Below, one piece after another: positions 23,890 through 36,809 of a stretch of 64,000 nt of DNA (within the stretch, counting starts at the first letter, position 1; the number at the start of each line of letters is the position of its first letter). Source of the stretch: Pecten maximus (taxonomy: Eukaryota); assembly GCF_902652985.1 (NCBI RefSeq), contig NC_047016.1, positions 9,858,001 through 9,922,000 on the forward strand, given 5' to 3'. A program made the translations under genes and the position numbers. The notes below the pieces were generated by a model. It searched no databases. It saw only the letters and a program-made list of their open reading frames with translations, and was not told the DNA's origin.

Positions 23890-26800
23890 CTAACTCTTTG
23901 TTTTTCTTGTTGACTTGACAACCACAGGTTTCTGGCTCTTAAGGAGGGCACTAGCACGGCGGATGGCAGCCTACAACAAAGAATCATATTTAACATTAGA
24001 GAAAGCTACACTGCACATGTATAGCCCACACATAATATCGTATCATGTTAATTATTAAAAAAACATTGTTTTCTTATCACATCTTCAATAACATACAAAC
24101 TTCATTATGTCTGAACTTTGATACAGAAGATGTTCAGTTTAACTTAAGTTATGTATGAACTTCATTCCAGATTACCTTTGGTTTATACATGTAAACTTAG
24201 TAGGAGAAAACTTTACTAGTCACCAAACAATCAACGTTATATGCGTGTTTTGGGAAGCTGCAGTATGCTCGAGTCTGTCTCCTTGTGATAGTGCGAAACT
24301 AATGTTGACTTAAACATGTAGTGCCACCTCACTGCCGCATTCTGCCGAAGACACCCAGCAGGACTCACAAACCCCTCACATACCAACAACAGACAAACAA
24401 ATTGTCCCACTTCCAAAATGTTGCATGAGTGCTAATTAAGTAGTAGAAACTACTATTTTTAGAGACTCTGGTATGTCCCGCCCTCGGAACAGATCCTAAA
24501 GCCTTCCCCACAGGGGCGAATGCTCAACTAAAGGCCACAGGTGATGTAGTGTCAAGGGAGACATGAGGAAGAAGAAAGTTTAGAAAGAAGAGAAAAGATG
24601 GATTCCACATTCAGCCTCTAACAAACATGCAAAGGAGAAGCAGGTAAAATTCTTACACACTTCCTGCAGGGACATATTGAATTAAGGCAATTGCCTGGTT
24701 AAGAAAACAATCAGCAGACATCCACACCCCACACTATATAAAAAATAACTGATGAACCCTAACATACCATCTTCAGGTCCTTCCTGTATCTGTTGTTACC
24801 GACAGTCTTCCTGATGGTGCCCAGCACACGCCTTGGATCTCTCTTCAGCTCCATTTTGGAGTAGTTCTTATTGGGCTTCCTCCATCCTGCAAAAAAAAAA
24901 AAAAAAATGAAGTTCTATCATAGTTATCCACAAAGACAAATATGCAGCTTTTTAATTTTCCAAGTACAGTTGCAATGTAATACCGACACGCATGGTGACC
25001 CGACCCTCTTACCGAGCCCCAGGCCAGGGCAGCTACAGTAATTATAGGCTAACAGGTGGTAGGGGTCTTTTGTTTGTATACTCAGGCCAGGGTTGTGGTG
25101 GTCCTTTGTTTGTATAATCAAGCCAGAGTCGATGTGTCTGAATTTTCCGGGGATTTTATGAGGGATGACTGCCGAGAGCAGAAGATGGCTGACAGAAATC
25201 GGTCGCTATAGAAAACAAATTAGCGACCGCCGTTCCGAAATCACCGGTCGTTAGCCACATTAGACAGGTAGTCGCTATACAGAGGGTCGTTATATAGTAA
25301 AACAGGGATCACCACAATTTCAAAATGATGGGTGGAGGAAAAATTTTTGACAATTTTTTCTGAACATGTACTTTTGTGGATGTCATGCAGCCTCGCGGTG
25401 CGATGTTTCGAGAAACATCATCAATTATGACATTAAGAATAGAGATTTAATTCTAAATAAATATGCATTTTAATCATTTGCTCACTCTATGCCATATATA
25501 TCGTGTAAATTAAAACAAAATAACAGCTTATACCATTACTTTAAAAAACTACAAACATACATTCCTCATTTAAACAATCATCAATTTATTTTCACAAAAC
25601 CATTTCAATCTCAATTCCAATTCGCTGTTCTTTAATATAACATTGAATAAAACAAACTCAAATAGCATCTTTTACTGTTATAAATATGATAAACATTCAC
25701 ACCCAAGATCATATTGCATTGTCAAGTATTATAAGTTAAAACATTTCAATTATTAATTTCATAAATTGCACTATAATATTATCAGTGAACATATTAATAG
25801 CAACTATTATATCTATGATACAGCATCTACAAATCAAACTCAATGGCAACTTTTACTGGACATAATATAAGAATATATAAAGTATTTAAAGCAATGCACA
25901 AGCCACAATATAATTTCAATTAAGATATCAATTCAACACAGTCACTATAATTTTCTCCTGAAAATAGTCTTCACTATATATGAACAATTGAAGCCAAACA
26001 CAATTTGTCTCTCCAAATGACATGAACATTCTGCTGTTGCACAGTCCCTTCTAGAATGAAGCAGCTTTCTTGTAGGGAACTTTCTGGGTAAACACCATCA
26101 TCAGAGAGTTCAAGATCCTCTGAGAGAGCCTGTTCCTGCTGGTGGTAATAAATAAATAAATAAATAAATATTTTTGAAAAGCTTAATGAATCTTATTGTG
26201 GTCATTACCATATTATAATTATGAACTTCTTATTCCTACAAATTTGTAATAAGCAAAACAATTAAAACCATCAATAAATCTTTGGGAAAAAAAAAACCCA
26301 AAAAAAAACAAATTAATTATATTTTAACAAATTAAATATAATCAAATTAGTACATATTCATTACAAATGTACATGTTATTTTTTAATTACAGTGTATATA
26401 CTTGAGGTGCTAATTCACTTATCTTTATTTAATTATAATTAAAGAAAATCAAAAACCTAGATAACACTTATCAAATAATAAATAGAGAGATACATTAGGA
26501 GAGATTCTGAGATTATTTATATTATTGGACGTTTCGAGATCGTTTTTGGAAGGGAGATCACTCTAATAGTACTTTCTAAAAATAGCACGTGACAAGAAAA
26601 CCAATGCACGAAATATTCATTAGATTATTATCATTATCTAGCAAATCAAATATAGGCTAATTGTAAGCTTACCTTGGTCATCTTCATACACAATTAATCC
26701 ATGCACATTTCTGTAGCCGTGGCTTGCGCGATATATCAGATTTCAGTCTGTTGGCTGCAGGTTTTCTAGATCGGTTGTCGCGATCGCATGTCGTTCACAT

Positions 26801-29800
26801 GGTGTTCCAAAAAAGGAGCTGATACTCCTCTCTTCATGGTGACATTGCCATAAAGTTTTCAAAAATGTATCCATGCTTCTCAAACATCGGCTTAGGTATT
26901 GATATTATCAGTTTGATTATCCCAGCTGAATATTAATTCTTGTGAAAAAAAAAATCTTATCGGACCGTCGGTTTTTCCGATGTAGACGATGGTAACATTT
27001 TCTCTGATGTCCCGATCGACTGAAACCATACAATCACATCTGTTCCGATGGTCAGAACAGTACACCTACTATTAATTAATTATCACCATCGATATAGGTG
27101 TGATCAAGAGATCAGTCAACCGTATCAAAACATAACGGTGAGGCACCTTACCGAGATCGCAATTCGTCAATTAGGCCTAGTTCACCTGTAAAAACAGGGG
27201 CCATAGGTAATGAGTATCGGACGCTATAGAAACGGGTCAGTTTTCTGCTTGGAATCGATACAAAATAGGGGTGTTAGGTAACAATTACATGCGTGGCGGA
27301 TCGAGTGAATTTGGTTGTGTAAGCGTGGCGGGTACCCAGCTAAGGGTGGCGGGCCGCCACGTTAAAACAGGCAATGGTGATCACTGGTAAAATCTCACGG
27401 GGAATGTTAAAACCGGTCGTTATAGACAGGCAGTCGTTATATACAGGGGGTCGTTAGAGCAGGTTTGACTGTAGTAATTTATATAAATTATGACCTTTAA
27501 ATTTTGACCCTATAACCTTTACAAATGGCCACCAAAATCCAACTTTATGAACTTAGTACCAAAGTGTTTTTACTATGGGCAGAATTATGTACAAATAAAC
27601 AAAGATATATTATTGTCAAGGTCTTGGGGTTTGATACAAGCAGAAATTATAGCACTGGTATGATATCAAAATTTATTATCTAACACATCAATTTTATGCA
27701 ATAGATTCAATTTGACATGGGGAAGAACAAAGTGTGGTATCAAGAATTAACAAGAATTGGACAAAGTTAAATTCCAGTCAGGCATTTGATCAAAGTGTAT
27801 ACATAAAATGCCATACTTTATGGAGACCAATAAGGAAGACTGATGATTTATTTTAAAGCCTAAAATAAGGGAGATTTGTGTGTATTAACATGAATATTAA
27901 TATTTTTACTCAATTTCAAAGCAATAACATAATTTTGAAAGTCATAAAGAATATTGATATTTATTGGAGATATTAATCATATTATATGAAATTAACAAAA
28001 AAGTTGTATAGCAAAACAAGAGGCCCATGAGCCTTAAGTTTCACCTAAGTTTTGAAATATTTCTGTAAATGTGACCCTTTTTGAACCCGCTTATCAGTCC
28101 CTGGGGGCCAATAATTGAATGCCAGCAAACTGCCTTCCAAAACTGCAAACTCCAATAGAAATGGCACAAAATCTAATTTCCCTATATATTCTACAGTAAT
28201 GTGTACCTCCTCAAAAGGGGCAAACATGAGATTCCAGGGTCATGAAATTCACAATATTCACCTTTCTGGCCACACTCATTAGTCCCTGGGGTCAGTCAGG
28301 GCCAACATGTGCATACCATAAAACTGTCATCCCATGTTTTTAATGCTAACAAAGTTAGAATGAATTCCAATAGAAATGAAACAAATGACGTTCTAAAACT
28401 TGATTTTCCAATATAAAACAACAGTAAAGTCTACCCCCTCCCCAGGGGAAAACGCGACACCACAGGGTCATGAAATTCTCAATTTTGGTAAAATCTTAAG
28501 ACCACTCTATCTGTGAAGAGTAGTTTATTCTTCTATATCTGGAAATGGAGAATAAGATATTTGAAATTTTAGTATTGACCCTTTTTGGCCATGCCCATCA
28601 GGCTCCTGGGGGTAGAGACCACATGATTCACAATTTTGGTTGCCATTTGGCCATGAAAGCTTTCAGTTAAATTTCATTGAATTTGGTTCAGCGATTTTGG
28701 AAAAGAACTTGAAAATGTAAATTGTTTACCACACACCACACAGTACAAAAGACGATTGGAATAGGTCACCTGAGACTTCATCTCAGGTGAGACTTCATCT
28801 CAGGTGAGACTTCATCTCAGGTGACCTCAAATCAAATTACCTGGTAGTATACATTTTGATAATCTAAAATTTATTTACTTTTATTTTTACTTAACACAAA
28901 AAGTTTTAAAGCTTTGTGCATGTTACATAAAAGTATTTGAAAAGTTACATGCAGGTGAAGATTAAGACAAGCTTGTTCAATTATTTGTTTGGATTTTCCT
29001 GAAAATGTGAAAACTCCTTACTGAGGTAACACATCTGCAGTTGTAACTAGAATTATGTCAGTCCGACATTCAAGCCGCCAACATTTTAACTGCTCTAGAA
29101 ATTAAAACTAACATGAAATGTGTTTACCCCATTTTTCACATACAATAACTTGAATTAGATGCTTTATCGTCCTTACAGCAACCTGGATCAATTTAATCTA
29201 TTGTATGATGTAAACAAGAGGCCCATGGGCCTTAACGGTCACCTGAGATTTGAATTATTTCAGTTTATTTAATTGACCCTTTTTGCCCCCCCCCCCCCCC
29301 CCCCTCTCTATCAGCCCCTAGGGTCAGTCAGGGCCAACATATGCATATTAAAAAATGTGATTTACCTATATAAACTATAGTAACACGTCAATGGTGACAA
29401 TGTTTACAAAATTAGAATGAATTCCAATAGAAATAAAAGTCAAAAATGTTATTTCCCTATATAAATTTTAGTAAAGTTTAGCCCCACCCCAGGGGCAAAC
29501 TTGAGACCCCAGGGTCCTGAAATTCACAATTTTGGTAAAGAACCTTCAAACCAAGCCATCTATGAAGTGTATTTGATTCCAGCATATCTGAGAGTAGAGA
29601 AGAAGATTTTTGAAGTTTTAGTCAATTTGGCCCTTTTTAGCCCCGCCCATCAGCCCCTGGGGGTCAGTCAGGGCCAACATGTGCATGCCATCAAACTGTC
29701 ATCCCATGCTGACAATGTTTACAAAATTAGAATGAATCCCAATAGAAATAAAATAAATTAAAGTCAAAAATGTGATTTCCCTATATAAACTATAGTAAAG

Positions 29801-32800
29801 TATAGCCCCTCCCCAGGGGCAAACTTGAGACCCCTGGATCATGAAATTTACAATTTTGGTAAAGCACCTTAAGACCCTTCCATCTATGAAGAGTGTTTGA
29901 TTCCAGCATATCTGAGAGTAGAGAAGAAGATTTTTGAAGTTTTAGTCAATTTGGCCCTTTTTAGCCCCGCCCATCAGCCCCTTGGGGTCAGTCAGGGCCA
30001 ACATGTGCATGCCATCAAACTGTCATCTCATGCTGACAATGTTTACAAAATTAGAATGAATTCCAATAGAAATAAAATAAATTAAAGTCAAAAATGTGAT
30101 TTCCCTATATAAACTATAGTAAAGTTTAGCCCCTCCCCAGGGGCCAAACGTGAAACCCCTGGGTCATGAAACTTACAATTTTGGTAAAGCACCTTAAGAC
30201 CCTTCCATCTATGAAGAGTGTTTGATTCCAGCATATCTGGGAGTAGAGAAGAAGATTTTTGAAGTTTTAGTCAATTTGGCCCTTTTTAGCCCCGCCCATC
30301 AGCCCCTTGGGGTCAGTCAGGGCCAATATGTGCATGCCATCAAACTGTCATCTCATGCTGACAATGTTTACAAAATTAGAATGAATTCCAATAGAAATAA
30401 AATAAATTAAAGTCAAAAATGTGATTTCCCTATATAAACTATAGTAAAGTTTAGCCCCTCCCCAGGGGCAAACGTGAAACACCTGGGTCATGAAATTTAC
30501 AATTTTGGTAAAGCACCTTAAGACCCTTCCATCTATGAAGAGTGTTTGATTCCAGCATATCTGAGAGTAGAGAAGAAGATTTTTGAAGTTTTAGTCAATT
30601 TGACCCTTTTTGGCCCCGCCCCTCAGGCCCCTGGGGGGTGGGGACCATATAATTTACAATTTTGGTTGACCTTTAGCTATAGAAGCTTCCTGCAAAATTT
30701 CATAGAATTTGGTTTGTGGGTTTTGGAGAAGAAGTTGAAAATGTGAATTGTTTACGGACGCACGACGGACGACGCACGACGGACGACGGACGACGCACGA
30801 CGACGGACAAAAGGGGATTAGAATAGGTCACTTGAGACTTTGTCTCAGGTGACCTAAAAACATTGTCTTATCCAAGAATGAGTACATCATGTGCATGAAT
30901 TATTATGGTTTCCAGATCGAAGTAATGCACAATACCTAACCAGGGAAATAGATACGATACAGTTACGTCCTTGACCTAACAAATAACTTTGTAATATAAA
31001 AGAAAAAAAAAAATGGTTTGCTAATGTTTTATGGGATCAAATTTGAAAATGTTATGTATAGGAAAATACAAAATAGAACAAATTTTCATCACAACTTTAT
31101 CTTCACCACTACTGCCCATAAAACAATCTTAACAAGGGCAACACAAAGCATAGCAAATCACATGTACCTCGTGACCTTGACCTTTGACCTCGGATGTTGA
31201 GAATGAATCTGTCCTCTGTCCATAAGTCATATGTGTACCAAGTTTGATCAAGATGTGCCTAATGGTTTAGTCTCGATCGCGTTCACAACAAAAGTATGAC
31301 GCACGGAACCACGGCGGTGTTACTATACCCCTAGCTTTGTGTAGGTTTAATGAAGTGACTTCATATGACATATCTATATTATAGAGTAGGATAATTATTA
31401 GGACTGACAATAAATCATCATTGTACATAATTTCACATGGATGCTCATGAAATGAAAGCACACACAGAATAAAAAGTAAATACCTTGTTCATGCTGTCAG
31501 CTAAAAGACCAAATACTATCTAATTAAACTATTATAGGTTATGGACTTTATCATCCTGGTTTCAGTGCATGTGCTCAGGAACGGAAACAACTGTGTAAAA
31601 TAAGCACTTGAAAACTTGACGTATACAAGCGTTGGTGTGATCTACCGCTTCAGTTTATCGTTACCAAGCTCACATCAGGTATGTGTGATTGCTTTGTTGC
31701 CCCCCCATGGTAAGTAGAATAATTTTCACTCAAGAAAAGAAAAACAAAGAGGAATGGATACATGCTTCATAGCTATTAACTACTACATACGTTGAACCAC
31801 TACTTCTATCTACACCTCACAACTTCTATCTTCAGACCTCTAATCAACCTTTGGTATGTAACCTGCGTGCGCACCCCCACATGTGTCTACACCTCAACTT
31901 CCGCCAAGACAAAATTAATAAAGCCCACTAGGTGGCTTTACACATTGCCATAATATCCTTTTGACAAAAGAATTAATTGAAATATCACAGTTGTTGACCG
32001 ACAGAAAACAGACTAATATGTGTACCTTGGTTTTTTCGTGTAACCATGACAACACCCTTGCCATCCTTGGCTGGCTCTACACCAATCGTCTTGCGCTGAA
32101 CAATTCCGTTGTAGCGGAATGAGTTGATAGCCTTCAAATTGTTGGGTTCCTGAAATGCAATTCGGTTACATTGATAATTTTTACAATGGTGGATTGATAA
32201 ATAATAATAGATTTAAATTAATGGTTCTTAAAGTTACAAATGTATTAACCAAAGTGTTATCTAACTGAAATTAGTTTTAACATCAGAAATAAATGATGGG
32301 GTAAACCTCAGTCCTGTTATATGAACTTACTTCAGAAGAAGACCTGTATGTTATTTGTAATCTTCAAGAACAGAATGATGACCTCTTCTGATAAAACGAA
32401 CATAAATGGTCGCTTGAAAATACCTGTCATTTATTTTTAACAACATATATGTAATCAATTTTCCAACTTTTACTACTGTTAACAGTAAATACTTAAAGTA
32501 GTTTGAAATTTTCACTTCATTCCAAATATAAAATTCATACATCATCAACTAAAGGCTGTTTGAAGGATTTGAGAGATTTATGAACCATGTCAGATTTCCA
32601 ATTCAAACTGTAAATTTGACCAATTTGGGAGAAAAAAAAAAGAAAAAAAGAAGTCACATTTCATTTGTGCCAAATAGATCATGCAGTTTCAATGATTGAC
32701 ATAGCTTTTCACATGCATGCTAAAAAGGCCTTTCTGAATTGATCAAATCTTCAATTTCCTTATCCCCCCCCCCCCCCCCCCATATTTATATTTGTTTGTC

Positions 32801-32963
32801 TATAGCAGATATTAGTTTGGGCTGGTGGGATTTTAGTGTCTACTAGCCCTTGGATAGTAATAAGAATTTTGTTTTACTGTACCATGCTAAAAGTTCTCTT
32901 GTTTCCCTTCAGCAGGAAACAGGAGTTGTTCCTGATGATGGCCCATTGTACATCGGCTGACAT
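23890..32963 (-). CDS. RPL28: 60S ribosomal protein L28 (eL28), 134 aa
   Basis: Exons 32963-32883 ([27 protein letters not shown]), 32149-32026 ([36 protein letters not shown]), 24886-24768 ([10 protein letters not shown]) and 23970-23890 ([19 protein letters not shown]...TAG). All introns GT-AG, phases consistent; AATAAA at 23860-23865 (-). Confidence 0.97.
24225..24670 (-). mobile_element. Degenerate SINE-like interspersed repeat in the last RPL28 intron
   Basis: Motifs GTAGTGCCACCTCACTG, GAAGACACCCAGCAGGAC and AGAGACTCTGGTATGTC resemble mollusc SINE bodies; boundaries approximate. Confidence 0.35.
25303..27386. mobile_element. hAT-like non-autonomous DNA transposon with 6-bp TSD, nested in a mariner-type MITE
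   Basis: TIRs CAGGGATCACC / GGTGATCACTG flanked by GTAAAA on both sides. Removing it rejoins a GGTCGTTATA-repeat MITE that ends GCAGGTTTGACTGTA at ~27473. Confidence 0.7.
28013..28830 (-). mobile_element. HINE/Helentron non-autonomous element (older copy)
   Basis: AACAAGAGGCCCATGAGCCTT hairpin end and AATAGGTCACCTGAGACTTCATCTCAGGTGACC palindromic end; homologous to 29212-30860. Confidence 0.75.
29212..30860 (-). mobile_element. HINE/Helentron non-autonomous element with central ~325-bp tandem array
   Basis: Terminal hairpin AAGAGGCCCATGGGCCTT, subTIR pair GGTCACCTGAG/CTCAGGTGACC, (GACG)n microsatellite 30755-30808, about 4 internal repeats with period 316-325, A-rich flanks. Confidence 0.85.
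31131..31335 (-). mobile_element. Short HINE-like element
   Basis: AACAAGGGC start, GTGACCTTGACCTTTGACC core, GACGCACGG microsatellite remnant, ACTATACCC end. Confidence 0.45.
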
Positions 32964-33184
32964 GGTGACTTCTTGAATCTGTAAAAACAAAACATCAGAT
33001 ATAGAAAATAAATTAACTTCCTCCATTCATCTAATTTGTTGAAATCTGCAAAGATGTAAAATCTATACCCCAAGCAGAGACTTAGAACAAACTCATACAT
33101 GTGTGACAGTTAAAGGAGCGGGTTGGTGTGGCTTGTACATATAGTGTTTAATACATGCTCTATCACTCAGCTGATCAGCATGCT

Positions 33185-33370
33185 TTTCTGGCTTAGGATT
33201 GTTTGCTGGGATTTATTACACTGTGAACAGCCTGGATCATTTTGAGGCAGGGTCTCTTTGTAGTAGCTGGCGACTACCTCAATGAACAATATACAGGAGG
33301 CATATCATATGCTATCCAGATCAATTAGGGTAAAGTTCTTTGCCCAAGGACACAACCATGATAGCAGTCT
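33185..33370 (-). mobile_element. CORE-type SINE fragment
   Basis: Minus strand GTTGTGTCCTTGGGCAAAGAACTTTACCCTAATTG matches the CORE-domain consensus. Confidence 0.55.
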
Positions 33371-34519
33371 GTGATGCTAACATTTTCAAGCACTAGTCAG
33401 GACAAGCAAAATGCAGTGTTTATTATGAAAATTATATTGAAATTCAAGGATTTTCCACTAATCCGAACCAAAAATTACTAGTCATGGGCATAGGACTAGT
33501 GTCTAAAGTCGCAGACTGATGATAGCACAGACCAGCCTGTTTCTCAGCTTCCCGAGAAACACAAACTAATATAACAGATACTGAGCGTCTGGCCATGCAC
33601 CTTGCAATTGAGAACACCCAGAGAAGAGCTATGTTTACAACTAGCATAGACGTAGAGAAACGGTCTGCATAACCAACATAACATCTCTGAACTAGGAATC
33701 CTTAACCATTGAAAAACAAAAGCCAGAATACTCATGCTCTATAAAATTATACATAATCATGTGGCTATTGATCCAACACCTTACCTCAAGTGATAGAACA
33801 AGAGGTGCACATAAACTCAAATATCCTCATACACAAATCTTTTACATTCACTTTGCACCATCATCGATTGGTACTTTTTACCAGCATCTCTAGCGCAGGA
33901 TCCAGACCTGGACTCTTTTAGGTCTGCCCTGGCTAGCTATAGCTACAATCTACCTTAAATTCATTGTTTTTATCTTTTAGTATATATAAAATCTTGGCTT
34001 AATCTACTTACATGCCACCTCCCTGGGACAATTGCACTCAAACCTTGGAGTCTGTCCCTTATCTTGAAGGAAGACCTCAGATCTTTAAGTTTAACTAGTA
34101 CTGAGGTTACTTGCCCAGCACTCTAACCGACTGAGCTATCACAACTCAGGAGGTAGCGCTGTGGGTTATCACCTGGTTGGATTCCCGTTGGGGCACTCAG
34201 CAGTAACAAGTTTTAATTCCCCCGTTCTTTCAAACATGTATAACAACTGTGGGTTGGGAATTTGTGCCAGACCTTTGTGGTCCAAGTACTGTTTGATAAC
34301 AAGTTTTCTGAGAATGATAAGTTGTATACTAATTACTTATGGAATGAAAAATGGACCTCCAGGAATCACAAAACAAATTTTAAATACAACATATTCTTGT
34401 GTGCTGCTGCGAGGCAATCAATTGTTTTCTGTTACACTGTGTAAGGTCACTGGGCAAATCCCGTGTGTTGGAAAAGTGATATCCATGGTTGAAAACATAA
34501 GCATTTATATATATATATA

Positions 34520-34678
34520 TGAAATAGGAATTCAAAGGAGTAATGAAAAATACCCTGCCCGCACTTGGGCTCGAACTAGCGATTTCTCTCTCTCAAGGCA
34601 AACATCCTACCACTAAGTTAAAGGGAAATCACCGCTAGTCTGAGCTAGTAAGGTGACCTTATACTCTCTACTCTTACA
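34520..34678 (-). mobile_element. Probable solo LTR containing a tRNA-derived Pol III cassette
   Basis: Minus strand TGTAAG...TTTCA, 159 bp, with a CTAG-bounded hairpin, A box TAACTTAGTGG, B box GTTCGAGCCC and a TTTTT run; next to a (TA)n tract; no clean TSD. Confidence 0.5.
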
Positions 34679-34918
34679 TGTGATTAATCTGAAGGGTTCT
34701 GATGTTAAAATTGCCTTTAAAGGTGCCTGGTGGTATCTGCATAGCAAGATCGTTACTGTAGAGAATTCGGACTTGTGATACATATTGTGCAAGAATTATT
34801 TAATATAAATACATTTGGGTGTCATTTGAGCCCGGACCCTCGAGAGTCAGCAAGTATGTACGAGTAACTCGGACCCGTGACAGTTCTATTGATATGCGAG
34901 ACGTTATAAGTGGTCTGA

Positions 34919-35280
34919 CATGGGTTGACACTAACTTAGTTGCCTTGACAGACCGCTGGGCTGCCAGGTTTTGAAATGAGGCAGCCCGGGCTGCCAATGG
35001 TGAAACCCGGCCCTCCTAGGGGATTTGGGGGAAGGTCCCTAAAATGCAGTTTCCTGCAGTCTAGTTTATTCTGAGCATAAACATATTAGATCTTACACCA
35101 ACAGGTTTTATATAAACAGTTTTGAAAATAAAATTATTGAAGCAAACGAGGACAATTTTAGCTGGACATAAACACTGAAAATGTTGGCAGCCCACAGGGC
35201 TGCTTGTCTGGACATTCTGGCAGCCCGACCAGATTTCAGGCCGCCCAGGGCTGCCGGGCTACTGTTAGTGTCGATCTCTG
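34919..35280. mobile_element. hAT-like MITE
   Basis: CATGGGTTGACACTAAC ... GTTAGTGTCGATCTCTG imperfect TIRs with GGGCTGCC/GGCAGCCC subterminal repeats. Confidence 0.5.
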
Positions 35281-35762
35281 GGCCATATAAATCATATGCA
35301 TCGGTTTGTAAATTTAGTATTCGCATTCCATTAATAAAACTTTGTTTGGGTTTTACGGCCCATCGACATCTAGGGTAATTAGGAAAAGAACTCAATATTC
35401 ACAAGCTGGTTAAAGTTTCTAGTATTCCCGATATGATCACCATAATATTAAATCACATAGCCTAATTGTGACATGACATAATTCTGTTCGCAATGTATGT
35501 CCCTAGGTCAAGTCGGTCATTAACCGATAGAAATTGCCACACGTTCCAAAAAAAAAACATGTGCATGAAACCGGGGGAGCTGCTACCCAAATGTGTTTCG
35601 ATGGCATCGAGAGGGTTTTGATACAGCAATAATGAATTATTTTAAACATCATTGTCGCTAAAAGAGTTTTATGTGTTTGATTTATTAATTTGAAACATTT
35701 TGGTTGAGATATTTTAAGTAATCTGCCAATAGAAATGAAGAAGCAAAGGAAAGCATGGTCAC

Positions 35763-35790
35763 CTCAGGAAGTTACAGCGAGAAAGAGAGT
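35763..35790 (-). promoter_or_regulatory. RPL28: RPL28 non-coding exon 1 with TCT initiator / 5'TOP tract
   Basis: Minus strand CTCTCTTTCTCGCTGTAACTTCCTGAG|GTGACC donor; splices to the acceptor at 32978 upstream of the ATG. Confidence 0.75.
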
Positions 35791-36053
35791 AAGAAAGTAG
35801 TTCGTGAGTGAGAACTGATAAAAATGATCACACCAATTATTTGGAAATGTATTTATTTTTTGTGTATACAGGTATGGTATCTTTCAAAATAGATTAAATA
35901 TCATTCGATTGTCCAATTCAATAATGAGTTAAAATTTTGATTATATCCGAGAACTCTTTCGAGTAGCGGATGAATGATAGTTTTTGCCGGAAACAGCTAA
36001 ATTCTAATAAGGAAGCCTGATTATCTTTGTGACGGAAATTGCGGATAGCTAAG
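35790..36053. promoter_or_regulatory. Bidirectional promoter (RPL28 / triple-MLLE gene) and 5' UTR exon of the MLLE gene
   Basis: Divergent first exons under 300 bp apart; strong donor AAG|GTAAGT at 36053; ETS-like CCGGAA/CGGAAA motifs. Confidence 0.6.
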
Positions 36054-36560
36054 GTAAGTACGGTATGTTTTTTTCTTCTGTTTTTCTATACATCAATATG
36101 CAATTGTTTACTTCGTAAATGTCACAATTAGTCCTTAAATTAAAATGTGTAAATAGTCGGCTTCAGGAAACACATGACGCAGACGTCCGGACTGTTTTGA
36201 ATGGTTTGTTGACCAAAGGGAGATAATATTATTGAGAAAAAAGGTTGCAATGAACAAGCTCTGTTTACACATACATTTTACACATTCATGTAAAACCATA
36301 AACTGTCTAAATTGAGTTTTTTTGCATTACAAAATTTACAATTTACAAAATAAAAAGCATGGCACGACATAGATAAACACTATTAAAATGATATTATTAT
36401 ATATAACTGTTTCACAAAAAAAAAAAAAAAAAACCCAGTATAGATAAGCTCTTGTACACTTGCAATTGTACTCCCCATATTATGCCAGCATAAGTATAAA
36501 ATATCATCAAATATAATAACGGAATCATAAAAGAGCATATAATTTCTATATTTATGCTAA

Positions 36561-36790
36561 CTAGTTGGGTGGTCGGTTGGCACAGTGGTAACACACTTGG
36601 CTTTCACTTATGCTAGCTGCCGGGGTTCGATTCCCCGATCGGACGTGAAAATGTATGGGCTACCAACCACGTGGGTTTTCTCTGGGTACTCCGGTTTCCT
36701 CCCACAGTAAGACCCCTTGGGAGCTTCCATCCGGGCCAACAAGCGTGATTAATATAAGTTAATGTAACTATTTTCGCAATTGTTGTAATC
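36561..36790 (+). mobile_element. tRNA-headed V-domain SINE
   Basis: A box TGGCACAGTGG, B box GGTTCGATTCC, V-domain GTGGGTTTTCTCTGGGTACTCCGGTTTCCTCCCAC; the tail resumes at ~37688 after an insertion. Confidence 0.8.
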
Positions 36791-36809
36791 AGAGACCTAT
36801 ATATACTAA

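Noticed and set aside
29501-30746. Four similar 62-86 aa ORFs as a tandem gene family
   Set aside because: They are the internal repeats of a HINE element.
33518-33590. Plus-strand C/D box snoRNA (TGATGA...CTGA with CAGAC/GTCTG stem)
   Set aside because: Antisense to the host RPL28 transcript, with no recognisable rRNA guide.
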